Shown in pieces: positions 12,271-24,524 of a DNA stretch of 64,000 bases. How positions within the stretch are numbered: the stretch's first letter is position 1; every line of letters begins with the position of its first letter. The notes under the pieces were generated by a model. That model was not told the DNA's origin. It saw only the letters and a list, made by a program, of their open reading frames with translations, and searched no databases. The stretch lies in the NCBI RefSeq assembly GCF_006345805.1, contig NC_043000.1, forward strand, positions 32,984,001 through 33,048,000, read 5' to 3'. This DNA comes from Octopus sinensis (lineage: Eukaryota). The position numbers were made by a program, and so were the translations under genes.

Positions 12271-12840
12271 TAGACACACACACACACAACACACACACAC
12301 ACACAACACACACACACACACAACACACACACACACACAACACACACAACACACACACACACGTACACATACACACATACACACTCACACACATGCACAC
12401 ATCCACACACAGATAGACATACACAGGTGTAACATACATGCCTTGGTACATTATCCTCATCGTCGTCGTCGTTGTCACCGCCATAGCGATAGTGGAAATG
12501 ATCAGCCATGAAGAACCAAGTCACATGACTGTCTTCGATTCTCTCATTTAGCTAACAGTTCTTCCTCCAACAGTTCTCCATTTCGTCTCCAAAGAAATTC
12601 TTCAGCAATTCATTTATTTCTAAATTGACTTCCAGACAACTTCAGCTGCTCAAATAATTTTCTAATCTTTCATTCATGCTTTCCTTCCCACTGTGTGTGT
12701 GTGTATGTGTGCGTGTGTATGTGTGCGTGTGTGTGTGTACGTACGTGAGAGAGAGAGTGTGTGTGTGCTTGCATGCATGCGTGTGTTTACATGTGTGAAT
12801 GCTAGCATATGTGTGTTTACATGCATGTGCATGTGTGTGT

Positions 12841-12885
<45 letters not shown>

Positions 12886-13655
12886 ATATTACTGTTGTTT
12901 CAAATGTTTGTTTTTCTTTCTCTTAATCTATTATTTATCTAGTTTAATGATTCTTCTAATGGAATTTTTACTAGCTATGACAGTTAATTTCATTTCCATC
13001 TGAAAACTTTAAGAGGCTTTTTAGATAAACATTGGCGTTGGTAGAAATATGGTTCTACTGACAAAGAAGCCATATTCTGGCTGTCAGAAGTCTGGAGTCT
13101 GTTATTCTGGTTAGTTTACGGTAACGCCATTTTATTGCTGGCTACCTTCCACGGCATGCTGCTCCCAACGAGATCATAATGCACGACCTAGGGGCCATAG
13201 GATTCCTTCCCACCTCCAGCCAGAGTAGCTAGACCGAGGGCATGGTATGACAGTTTTCCGTATGCAGTGACACCTTCTCCAGCGGCAACTTGGGGTTTAG
13301 CCTCTAGCCAAGGCTCCACAGTTCGTTAGACTGAGAAAGGCAAACTACTGTCTAAGTATCGGTCACTCTCTGACAAGTTTGTGGTCGAGCTTGTGGCAGT
13401 GGAGACCTTCGGCGTTCATGGCCCCTGGACCACACCCTGCTCACCGCTATGGGGTAGGCGGAGATGGCTAACCGCAAGTGTGAACTTCATGATTCAGAGT
13501 GGCTGTTGCAGCGCATCTCCCTCGCCATCCTCCGAGGAAAAAAGCCTTTTCCTCTTTGTCTACTGGGACCTTGAGTCAGACTCACTCATGATATTTCTTG
13601 GCTGTGAGAAAGAGGGTAGGGATCTTTTCACTTTGACCGGCAGATTTTAAAATAA

Positions 13656-14074
13656 TTTCTATGTAACTAAACACTTTTAAACTTCGTATACTGGTAGAAT
13701 GTGTTTATAAAACATCTTTTTCTCTTGGCTTTCTTGAGAAAACTCTGTAGTTTGTAACATATTTGTTGTTTAATTTCTTGCATTTCGGCATCTTTTTTTC
13801 TTCAGAAATGTAAATAAACCCAATCTGTTTCTTAAACGAATATATAATATGTAACAGGGACATTTTCATATGACGCCGCCAGAAAATGTTACGGCAGAAA
13901 TCGTTTTCACCTCAATAGACGACATTGGTTGGTTGAAATTGCCGAAATGCAAGAAATTAAACAACAAATATGTTACAAACTACAGAATTTTCTCAAGAAA
14001 GCCAAGAGAAAAAGATGTTTTATAAACACATTCTACCAGTATACGAAGTTTAAAATTTTTTAGTTACATAGAAA
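13656..14074. mobile_element. MITE/foldback element with about 135-bp inverted arms
   Basis: 13656-13790 (tttctatgtaactaa...catttcggca) is the near-exact reverse complement of 13940-14074; spacer about 150 bp. Confidence 0.9.
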
Positions 14075-14269
14075 AGACCCGAGGGAAGATATATTACTTC
14101 TATATTCCCTCACTTGAATATTCTTCCAATGTCTCTTCTTCCATTCCTGCTTAGATCCCTCACCCAATATCCCTCTAAATAGTTTGCAGCAGATCTTAAA
14201 GTCTTTATGCCTTTCTCTCTCTCCTGCCGTTTCTTTCTCATCACCACACAAATCCTAGTCACAAACTTA

Positions 14270-14700
14270 CTTACTTACTTGTGGCGACATTCACCGTGGG
14301 CGGGTTGAGTCGGCTTCTTCCACCACCCTTGAGGCATCTCGAACTATGGCAGTGGAAGAAGTTTCGTGGGATTATGAATTTCACAAGCGGTCCCCAACAA
14401 TCCCGCAGGTAGAGACATCCTGTTTGCCGCAGATTGTCCGCAGACGCAGGGACAGAACGACCGAGGAGCCGCCGGTTGCCGAAACAGACACCCCAAGGAT
14501 TTTCACCAGAGCCTCGTCTGCCGGGTTGTAGCCCTAATACCACTCGGTGTCAGACCAATCCGCCTTGAGTGGCCCTATCAGGAACCGAAGTTCCCGACGG
14601 CATAGCTCTGACACTACCCGTTGCCAGCGTCCCCACCACGGTGAGGATGGGATAGACTTTGGGGACGCTACGTCACAAAGACCGCATTCGACTCGCAAGA
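14270..14700 (-). mobile_element. Internally deleted RTE-type retroposon with (TAAG)n tail
   Basis: (ACTT)n at 14270 on the + strand; minus strand carries cctcaccgtggt...gagctatgccgtcgg...gatagggcc, resembling RTE 5' UTR motifs as I recall them. Confidence 0.5.
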
Positions 14701-14854
14701 AATGATAGCAAAATCCCTCAAACCCTTAAGTCCTCGGATTCATAAGGACCGGAACGTAACTTAATTTTCATGGCGTAGAAGTGATCGAGATTACAACACT
14801 TACCACCCCCATCCTATTGAACGAGATTCTGGCCCATCGCAGAATCAACTTCGC

Positions 14855-14992
14855 AGCTGAATGGATTGGAACAAAGTGAGATGAAGTGTCTTGCTCAAGA
14901 ACATAACACATCGCGTTATGTTCATGGAATCGAAACTACAATCTTACAGTCGTGCATACAATACTCTAACCACTAGGCCACGCGCCTTCACA
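14855..14992 (-). mobile_element. tRNA/CORE-type SINE family D, 5' part
   Basis: Reverse complement gtgaaggcgcgtggcctagtggttagag...ttcgattcc...tgttcttgagcaagacactt; same head as 31947. Confidence 0.7.
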
Positions 14993-15384
14993 CCCTGCCT
15001 TTTTAAGAAGGGAAGGGGTCATGGGAATCGCGGACAATGAAGTAACCCAACTCCCCACACAACATCTGCCATTTCTACAACAACATTAATTTACTTCCAA
15101 TTTCGATCCCTGCCTAACCATATTCTTTACTTTTATGGGATACTAAAAGACTTGTAGCCAACAAGGAGCCTCTACATATTCACTTGATCTGCTAGAAATA
15201 GCTACCAAATCTTCCTTCAATCACACACCTTCGTTTCAGAAAAAAGACACATTGGTTAATATGCTCCTGGGTTCCTTACACACAGGGAAAAGACAGGAGG
15301 GCCACAGCTGTGATGCCTTTGATCAAACGTCTGTGGAATCAAAAGTGACTTGGAGCTAAACGTCTGCAGCAGCACCATCCACCA

Positions 15385-15458
15385 CCACATCCTCCTCCTC
15401 CTCCTCCTCCTCCTCATCATCATCATCATCATCATCATATCATCATCATCATCAACAT

Positions 15459-15490
<32 letters not shown>

Positions 15491-15527
15491 ACAACATCAT
15501 CATCATCAACAACAACAACAACAGCAA

Positions 15528-15622
<95 letters not shown>

Positions 15623-15625
15623 GTA
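15385..15625. repeat. Compound trinucleotide microsatellite (CAC/CTC/CAT/CAA/CAG)n
   Basis: Direct reading of successive trinucleotide runs. Confidence 0.95.
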
Positions 15626-15986
15626 AAAAACTTCTATCTTCCATCATCGACCAAAATATTCTCTTCAGGTTAAACACGAAACCAACATCTTTTTAACGAA
15701 GGCCAAGGAATGCAAGCTGAATTTAGACGCCATTATTCCGTTCACATCATCATCAGTGGTTTTTCTAGCTGTTCTAACTGGAACCATTTACTTTGTAACT
15801 CGTCTAGAATCGTTGAGTTCCTAACATACGCCACACTCCATAATTTCTGTTTTGGACTGAAAATCTTCATCCCCATTCTCTGATTTCCTCTTTCTCTGTA
15901 ACTCCAACATAAAACAATTCCTTTTATTTTTCACTTCCCTCATACGGACAAAGTTCCGACATCGAAATACATCGGACAGCTCGCAC

Positions 15987-15987
<1 letters not shown>

Positions 15988-16073
<86 letters not shown>

Positions 16074-16074
16074 G

Positions 16075-16144
<70 letters not shown>

Positions 16145-16168
16145 CATCCATCCATCCATCCATCCATC

Positions 16169-16218
<50 letters not shown>

Positions 16219-16897
16219 ATCTATCTATCTATCTATCTATCAATTTATCTATCTATCCATCTATCTAACATCTTCACCTACATAGCTTGGTCGTAGGGTC
16301 ACAAAAATAAAGTTAAAAAATGTGCCCCCGATATACAAATCAAATGGCTTGTGTCTGCCATTTGTTATGATACCGAGGAGGCAATCCACATCTTGGAAAT
16401 CGCTGTCCTGGACTAGCAAAATTGGATTGGTCAAGGAGTGGAAATCCTTGCTCAAGTTGATCCAATCAGCATTGAAAGGATTCCATGGCCAACCCAACGA
16501 GTCTTCAAACGCTCCAGATTGCTGTTGCTGTTTCTGTGCTAATGGGCAATTGATTTTTGGGTGTGATTTGCTACCACATACGTAGCAACGTGACTTTCTG
16601 CCTTCGTCGGTTATATGCAAATTTGAACCGTCTGCCAGTTTGATAAGATGTGGAATCCTTTCAATGCTGATTGGATCAACTTGAGCAAGGATTTCCACTC
16701 CTTGACCAATCCAATTTTGCTAGTCCAGGACATAACAAATGCTAGTCCGGTATCATAACAAATGGCAGACACAAGCCATTTGATTTGTATATCGGGGGCA
16801 CATTTTTTATCTTTATTTTTGTGACCCTACGACCAAGCAATGTAGGTGAAGATGTTAGATAGATGGATAGATAGATAGATTGATTGATAGATAGATG

Positions 16898-16937
<40 letters not shown>

Positions 16938-17030
16938 TATAGATAGATAGAAGGATAGACAGATAGACAAATAAATAAATAGATAGACAAATAAATAAAT
17001 AGATAGATAAATAAATAAATAGATAGATAA
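15988..17030. repeat. About 1-kb inverted duplication around a LINE ORF1 (CCHC zinc knuckle) fragment
   Basis: 16261-16375 vs 16748-16862 (2 mismatches) and 16404-16485 vs 16651-16732 (identical) are inverted; outer flanks are (TATC)n and (GATA)n; centre encodes CYVCGSKSHPKINC on the minus strand. Confidence 0.9.
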
Positions 17031-17044
17031 TTAGTTGGATAGAT

Positions 17045-17440
17045 ATTCTTTTATTCTTTTATTTGTTTCTGTCATTTGACTGCGGCCATGCTGGAGCACC
17101 GCCTTTAGTCGAGTAAATCGACCCCAGGACTTATTCTTTGTAAGCCTAGTACTTATCCTGTCGGTCTCTTTTGCTGAACCGCTATGTTACGGGGACGTAA
17201 ACACACCAGCATCGGTGATGTTGGTGGGGGGACAAACACAGACACACACATACACACACACACACACGCAAACATACGACGGGCTTCTTTCAGTTTCCGT
17301 CTACCAAACCCACTCACAAGGCTTTGGTCGGTTCGAGGCTATAGTAGAAGACACTTGCCCAAGATGGCACGCAGTGGGACTGAACCCGGAACCATGTGGT
17401 TGGTAAGCAAGCTACTTACCACATAGCCACTCCTGCGCCT
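17045..17440 (-). mobile_element. SINE family B, full length
   Basis: Complete reverse complement of the head, body, CA-repeat and tail architecture seen at 25085. Confidence 0.92.
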
Positions 17441-17470
17441 ATAGATGAATAAATAAATAGATAGATAGAT

Positions 17471-17503
<33 letters not shown>

Positions 17504-17754
17504 GTAGGTAGGTAGATAGATAGATAGGTATGTATGTATGTATATATGTATGTATGTAGGTAGGTAGATAGATAGATAGATAGGGAGGTAGGTAGATAAA
17601 TAGATAGATAGGTACGTATGTATGTATGTATGTATGTATGTATGTATGTATGCATGTATGTATGTATGTATGTATGTATGTATGTATGTATGTATGTAGT
17701 ATGTAGGTAGGTAGGTAGGTAGGTAGATAGATAGATAAATAAATAGATAGATAA

Positions 17755-17839
<85 letters not shown>

Positions 17840-18150
17840 TGAGGTTATGTATCATGAATTTGTAGTAAGCGTGTGATGGTGGTATGTGAAATACGTGTAC
17901 TTTTGAAAATTGGTGCCATTCTCTAACCTGTTCTGGCGATGTGGGTAAAGTTGTTAACATACCAGCACGGCTTAAGTTTGATTTAATCCGATTAGGAGGT
18001 GCTTAACAGATCACCCCTGGCTGCCCCTTGCAAGTTGTTTACACTAGGACATCTTATTCCTCCTTTTGGGCAGTTCATTGGATGAAAGTATTAAAAACTT
18101 CCTTAAAAAAATAAGAAATATATTAGGAAAGTAAAAAAAAAACCCACAAC

Positions 18151-18205
<55 letters not shown>

Positions 18206-18620
18206 AACAAAACAAGAGACTATTTAAAGCTAAACTGCAAATCGTTATTTAATTTTCAACGAAAGACAGGCGAATTCGTAGTTGTTCATGGCTAACTTAT
18301 TAATTAAAAGGTTAGCTGGAGTGAAAACAGTCCAGATTTTGCTAAGTTTAACCAGGTTTCCATAAACGGCCAAGAAATATAAGAGAGTCATGGAGTCCAG
18401 AAATGTTGATAAATGTTCAGTTTATCTTTTTTCTACTTTTAAGGTGACTGAGACGGTGTTACAGGCTGAGGGAGTTTGCAGAAGATAGGTTGAGATAAAG
18501 TGTTTAGTATTGAAGGTTTAGAAGGTGTTGGCACTACACAAGCGCCGGGGGCGGGCAGGGAGAGCATAAAGGTAACTCAAAGAAGTATTTTCATGCAATA
18601 ATAAGAAATGTTCATAAGAC

Positions 18621-19008
18621 GGCGAGCTGGCAGAAACGAATACACGGCAGGGGGAAATGTTTAGCGGTGTTCCGCCTGTCTTTATGTTCTGAGTTCAAAT
18701 TCCGCCGAGGTCGACTTTACTTTTCATCCTTTCGGGGTCGATAAATTAAGTACCAGTTACGCACTGGGGTCAATATAATCGACTTAATCCATTTGTCTGT
18801 CCTTGTTTGTCCTCTCTGTGTTTAGCCCCTTGTGGGTAGTAAAGAAATAGGTATTCCGTCTGTCTTTATGTTCTGAGTTCAAATTCCGCCGAGGTCGACT
18901 TTGCCTTTCATCTTTTCGGGGTCGATAAATTAAGTACCAGTTGCGTACTTAATGTAATCGATTGCCCCTCCCCCAAAATTTCGGGCCTTGTGCCTAGAGT
19001 AGAAACGA
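18621..19008 (+). mobile_element. SINE family A chimeric dimer with 20-bp TSD
   Basis: ataagaaatgttcat(a/g)agac at 18601-18620 and 19009-19028; the second monomer restarts at ggtatt and ends in an alternative tail (ccccaaaatttcgggccttgtgcctagagtag). Confidence 0.9.
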
Positions 19009-19879
19009 ATAAGAAATGTTCATGAGACTGAAGGAGGTTAGACATCAGTGAATAGGGACTATTTTAGTAATTGGAGGATGATCCTTGTTGATTATCCTCA
19101 GGCCAGTTATCATAGTGAAGAATCAGAATTAAAGGTGTCCAGCCGTGAACATTGTTTTGCTTTCAGGCATAGTATATCTAGAAGTACATTACTCAATGTG
19201 TCCTACCTTTTTAAAGCGATAGAAAGTAATTTTAGGAATATTTGACTGTTATTATAAGATGCTTCTTAGATCTGTCATTTCCCCAGCAACAAAAATGACC
19301 TCCACTCCTCACAGTTGGATGCTCCACTACTCCCTCTACTCCCTCTACTCCCACACCTACCCCTAGTCTTTCTACTATTCAGTACACCAATCCTTTCTCC
19401 CCCACTCATTGTTGTTTCTCTGGAATTCTTTCTCCTCGAATGTTTTTTTTTTTTTTTTGAAGCTGTGATCCAGTCACTGTTCAAGAGGAATACTAACCAC
19501 GTCGATCTCACTGGTTCCGAAGACCCTACGGAGGCTGGAATCTCAGCTCCCTTCACAATCCCGACCCCACTAATGCTAGCGTACACGTTCCTTTTTTGTC
19601 TGTATTAAAAAGCCACTTATAAAATTCGCTTATAAAAAAGTAAAAATAAAATCCGTCATCAATAACGAAATCTTTTTTTCGATGTTGCACTCTCTCAATA
19701 ATTCCTGTTTTAGGTGTCTTTAGCCCCTTTTTTTTATAATTACCTCCAATTTCTTATTCAGTTTTTCGGTTCATGTTTGTAAGGAGAGTTGTAATTTATT
19801 TCTTTTATCCTTTAAAAATTATTTGTTCTTCAGCCTAAAGATTGCGACCATGCTGGGGCACCGCAAGTATAGTTACCTT

Positions 19880-20335
19880 TCCAATAGCCATTCTCATGTG
19901 GTGGGCATTTCGTGAAAGAGGGTCTTTGATAATGCTGCCCTGTTTTGAGTTTCTTGTCGCGATGTTGGTTCATCTGGGATCATGGACAGAAGAAAGCCAA
20001 GTTGCTTCTTGAAAACATCTACCCGCATTCCATGTAAATCTCGTAAGTGTTTTGGCAAGATATTTAATAGCTGTGAGCTTTCGAATCCCAAACTATTGCA
20101 GCATTTCGACCTTACCCTAGTCGGGATGGATGGAATCTTTGGAACAGTGCAGCGGCGTCCTGTTCAAGGAAAGTATAATTCTTGATTCCACAGTTTGGAA
20201 TACATTCTTTGGAACTTGCAACCTATTTGGTCTCACAATCAGTTTCCCTTCAAAGGTCTTCCATATGTATATATAACCACATGCCCATCTCGCGTTCGCT
20301 TCAGGGAGGAGTCGTAGCTCTTTCAATCTCTCCCC
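19880..20335 (-). mobile_element. CR1/L2-group LINE 3' end
   Basis: YIYIWKTFEG...LLNILPKHLRDLHG...FKKQLGFLLSMIPDEP...RAALS. Confidence 0.65.
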
Positions 20336-20735
20336 AGTAGCTCAAGCGTTTCATTGAGTCAGTCTTCTTGGTGAAGCACCCTCGAGTTACACATCTTTGT
20401 ATAGCAGGTGCGGTCGAACTTTTGTCTTTCGATCCAGATGCTAGATCCCTACATAACAGGTCCTTTGGTATGCGACCGTCTTCCATATAACGGACACATC
20501 CAAACTATCGAAGACGTTTCTGAAATACAAAAGGTGCATACGGAGGAAAAACCTGTCCCGATATGTCAGTGTTACAGATCCTGTCCCATCATTTGATCTC
20601 ACAGATTCTGTGCTGACACTTCATATGAAGCACACGAAGTTCCTAGTCTTGTCTAAAAAATGTTGTCTACGACTCGCTGCCAGACTGAGAACACTTCGCA
20701 CTTTACAGTTCTATATTTAAGTGTTAAGGAATTAT

Positions 20736-21004
20736 GTACATTATTTACATTATTTATATTTGACGGATATTTATCCTCATCTTGTTTGTTGTTAACACAA
20801 CGTTTCGGCTGGTATAATCCCACCCAGCCTTCATCGGGTGTCTTGGGAAAATTTCGAACCTGGGTTCTCATTCCTAAGGTATTTTTCGAAATTTCACCAA
20901 GACACCTGATGAAGGCTGGAGAGTATATCAGCCGAAACGTTGTGTTAACAACAAACAAGATGAGGACAAATATCCGTCAAATGTAAATAATGTAAATAAT
21001 GTAC
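20736..21004. mobile_element. Palindromic (inverted) hammerhead-bearing retroposon insertion with TSD
   Basis: Arms about 20736-20859 and about 20886-21004 are reverse complements ending in (taaataatg)n; flanking direct repeat acttcgcacttt at 20693-20704 and 21003-21014. Confidence 0.9.
20901..20946 (+). ncRNA. Minimal type I hammerhead ribozyme motif
   Basis: GACAC-CTGATGA-A-GGCTG(gagagtatat)CAGCC-GAAA-CGT-T-GTGTT: 5-bp helix I, intact core, helix II, palindromic ACGU helix III, GUU triplet. Confidence 0.75.
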
Positions 21005-22023
21005 TTCGCACTTTGTAGAAAATCCGAGCCTTTTTATTCTTCCTAATTTTGATAAGTGTTGAGAGAGTAGAAGCTGCTTTGGTGGTGCACTTTTGCGTTC
21101 TGCGTCTAAGCATCTAAGCTGGGGTTGTCTGTAGCAGGGGAACCAAGTAATGAAACTTATGTATGATTTCCACTTCCTTAACTTTGATTTCAACACAAGG
21201 AGAGGCTGGTGTGCTTCTTTTTTTTTCTTGAGACTGATTGAGAAACCAAATAAGTTACAAGTTTCTGAGAATATATTCTAAAGATTTTGTAAACCGTCTG
21301 CATTGCTGCATATCAACATTGCAACTTGTTGGTAAAATTCTTTTATCTAGCTCTGTTGAAGAATTGACCATTAGATCTTGATAAATAATAGATTTCCTCG
21401 GTCGTTGAGTTGAATGCATATTTCAGGAGCAAAGAAGATATTAGAAAGGGTCTTTGTCCACATACTGCAAACTTAGATATAGACCCGTCCTATGTTGTAC
21501 ATCATACTACTTAAAAACTCTGGTAGGCAATCATCTTAAATAGATCGGTTCTAATGAGGGTCGAAAGATCTAAAGCTTCTGTTAGGTCGACGAAGGCCAG
21601 ATAAAGAGATTCTTGGTACATTTCTTAGGGCTTTTCTCAAAGTCGCTGCTTAGAAAATATCATGACTTTGGTGGGTCTCAGTAATGTTTACGAATCCATG
21701 AAATGGGTTGCGTAGACCGCAACCGTGTTGGTAAGGTCAATGATAATGCATGTACAAGTTTCTAGGAAGTATGTGAATGTATGTATGCGTACATGAATGT
21801 ATATGTGTATTTAAGTATTTAAGTATACACAGGAAAAGGTTTTCTCATATATGCATGTATGTATACATGGTGGCTGCCCCCTCGTTATCGAGTATGGCCA
21901 TTGCACGAAGCTTAATCAATGTTGTTATCGTGCAATGCCTGTGCAAGAAGATTTTTTTTATTAAAGTGAGGAAAGGCTGTGCACTGAGTCAATCCCACTC
22001 ACTAAGCAACAGCAGCCATAATC

Positions 22024-22416
22024 CGAAAAGAAGAACAAGTCAACATCATTGGTAACCACTGAGCCGCAGGTTTTATGTTGGAGTTATTCCAGTTACCTGA
22101 GTTACCATCTCCTAGAAGGATGCCCTAACAAAGGCTAGGAGTCCTTCACACCCAATGGTTTAACCGCGCGATCGGGTATTCAGTCTGGTTATTTCTATGT
22201 CCCCGCGCATGTTACAGCCTTAAGACATTTATTGGATGGCAGTTGACTCTCAAGAGCTCCTCCGCCCTTTGACGGGTTTTGTTTTTCATCCTGCAGGATG
22301 TCCAATAAACACCCTCCTCACCAAGCATGCTTGGTGGGGTTGCCGGTTTAGTCGCAGGTTGTATTGGGTTACATGTTACCAGTAGCACTCGAAAGTGACC
22401 TGACATATATACATAC
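22024..22416 (+). mobile_element. Dispersed about 400-bp repeat (copy 1), ending in microsatellite
   Basis: Highly similar to 61298-61709; lacks an about 20-nt segment (cgactacccgaccatgcaac) present there. Confidence 0.85.
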
Positions 22417-22437
22417 ATGCATACACACACACACACA

Positions 22438-22481
<44 letters not shown>

Positions 22482-22920
22482 GCACACACATTTATATATA
22501 TATATGTATGATGTAAAATGTATAGAGAGTAATATGCTTTGTAATCTCCTTTACTCTGAGTTTTCGACTCTGCGTTTCGTTTAGCATTTCACTCTCGTAT
22601 ACTTGCGTTACAATCCGAGCAGAGACGGGTTAAATTGCTTCAAAGATCAATCGCGTAATATCGGAATAATCATAAAATCAAATGTTGATATTTTGAATGA
22701 ACGTTCCGAGTTGTTACAAAAGATAACTGTCGTCAATCGACATTTCAAAATATTCAAAATATGTGACTATTCTCACACACATACGTACACACACGCACGC
22801 ACACACGCGCGTACACATACCGTTTAAGAATCCATAAGTGAGGGAAAATGCACTTGTATATCTGTCAACAGAATGGGTGCATTAATCAAAGTGTACAGTA
22901 TTATCTAGCCATTACGGCTG

Positions 22921-23009
22921 ATCTTACCAATCGGTTTCACACTTGGGAGGGGTGTTCAACGGGATGTTATGTAACAGTCCGATTATGTAACCATACACTC
23001 TTCAGAGAT
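22921..23009 (-). ncRNA. Degenerate type I hammerhead motif 3' of the PLE ORF
   Basis: ATCT-CTGAAGA-(long, poorly paired helix II)-GAAA-CC(GATT)GG-TA-AGAT; GUA triplet. Confidence 0.4.
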
Positions 23010-23329
23010 GGCAATTATGGAATGAAATATAACGACTGATTTCTATTGTTGGAGGTGAACAGACACATCCGGCTTGTGGTTGCTGTGAAAAAGACGGTGA
23101 AACGAACCGAGCAAGAGTTGAGTTAAGAGTTATGTATATGTATAGTATTTGCGGGAGAATGGGGGTTCCAAAGGCCGCATACACGTCTGTGCTCGTTAGT
23201 CTACTGGGTGGTAGTTCACTGTGTTTGGGCGTGTGTGTTTGTGAGAGGGTTTGTATATGTTCTGGGCAAACACTTTGCCGGATTCCCAGGTATTGGGATG
23301 GCCGAAGCTGGGGAGCTGGTGATTATAGT

Positions 23330-24250
23330 CACGACGGGGCACGCAGGTATGACAGGATGTACTTCCTTTCGTGTGGGCAAGGATTAAAAATTTCACTTCT
23401 GCTGTTCAGGTAGATGTCTGGGTGCTGAGAGCTCTTTAATATCGCTCTTTTCTCAACCAGGCATAATCAGTACTTCCTGCTGCTACTTAAGTACGCTTTA
23501 CATTTCTGTAGAATCTTCCACCTTATGCCATACTCGGTAGCATTTTCTTTTAACAGTCATGCGGGCTTGGCCAGAGTTATGGCGTTACGTCTCACCGGGA
23601 TGATGAAGGAAGAGTTGTGGTTGTTATAGCGGGTTCTAAAAGGCCTTCAGTTGTTCCCACGAACTTTCGAACGTTTGGTTGCCCATTTGGTTCTATTGCT
23701 GTTACACCTGTCTCGTATACGATGTTTTACGTGTTACAGTGGCCCTCCAGTGGACATGTTGTATTACCACTACATGAGCATTCTGTCTCTGTCTCAGGTG
23801 TGGGCCTATATACTAAAATCCTTTCAAATTGGATGCACAACTAAAAGAAACTGAGTGTATCTGTTAAATATCTTACTGACTCTACTTGTACTTAGGGAAG
23901 TGTTTGCCTACTAAGCTAAAGAAAATCTTACCAACTCGGGTCTTGATACTTAGAGAGAAGAGCGGTGTGGACCACAACACATTCCGGTGGCGTTTTCTCT
24001 TGGAGGCTTTAGGGTCTGGTATATAACTAATTATTTCCTTGAAACCGCTGGTGGCCAGAACCTCATTATAGTACGGGGCGACAGCATCAAAAATCCCTTT
24101 ACTTGAAGATTGGTTGGAGATTTTTTTGCTGGCGCCCTTTATCAGGTTCTTGAAAACTATGGCTGGATGACAAGAACCGGTGTGAATATACGACAGCTTC
24201 TCATTTGGCTTCTCAAAGGCTCTATAGGTACCAGACTCCAAGACTAGGGG
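23330..24250 (-). mobile_element. Penelope-like element ORF 3' half (RT thumb/linker plus GIY-YIG endonuclease), degenerate
   Basis: YRAFEKPN...YIHTGSCHP...RNVLWSTPLFS...KHFP; then CSCSGNTTCPLEGHC-NIVY...KFVGTTEG-FRTRYNNH, WKILQKCKAY, LCLVEK, YLNSRSEIFNPCPH. Confidence 0.85.
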
Positions 24251-24262
24251 CACATCAAGCGG

Positions 24263-24294
<32 letters not shown>

Positions 24295-24524
24295 TGTATG
24301 TATGTATGTATGCATGTATGTATGTATGTATGTATGTACGTATGTATGTGTGTATGTATGTATGTATGTATGTATGTATGTATGTATGTATGTATGTATG
24401 TACGTATGCGTGAGTATATATATATATATATAGTTGTAAACATCCAATTCAAGGGCGAAACTCTGCCAACGTTTGATACAATACAATACATACATACATA
24501 TATATATATAAATATATATATGGT

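Larger units (their letters stand above)
20340..21770 (-). mobile_element. RTE-clade LINE RT remnant, interrupted by a palindromic insertion
   Basis: LYLAFVDLTEA (RT) and MEDGRIPKDLLCRDLASG (C-terminal region); insertion at 20705-21002. Confidence 0.7.

Noticed and set aside
15350-15677. Poly-Thr/Ala/Leu or polyQ-like ORFs
   Set aside because: Pure compound trinucleotide repeat with no flanking coding context.
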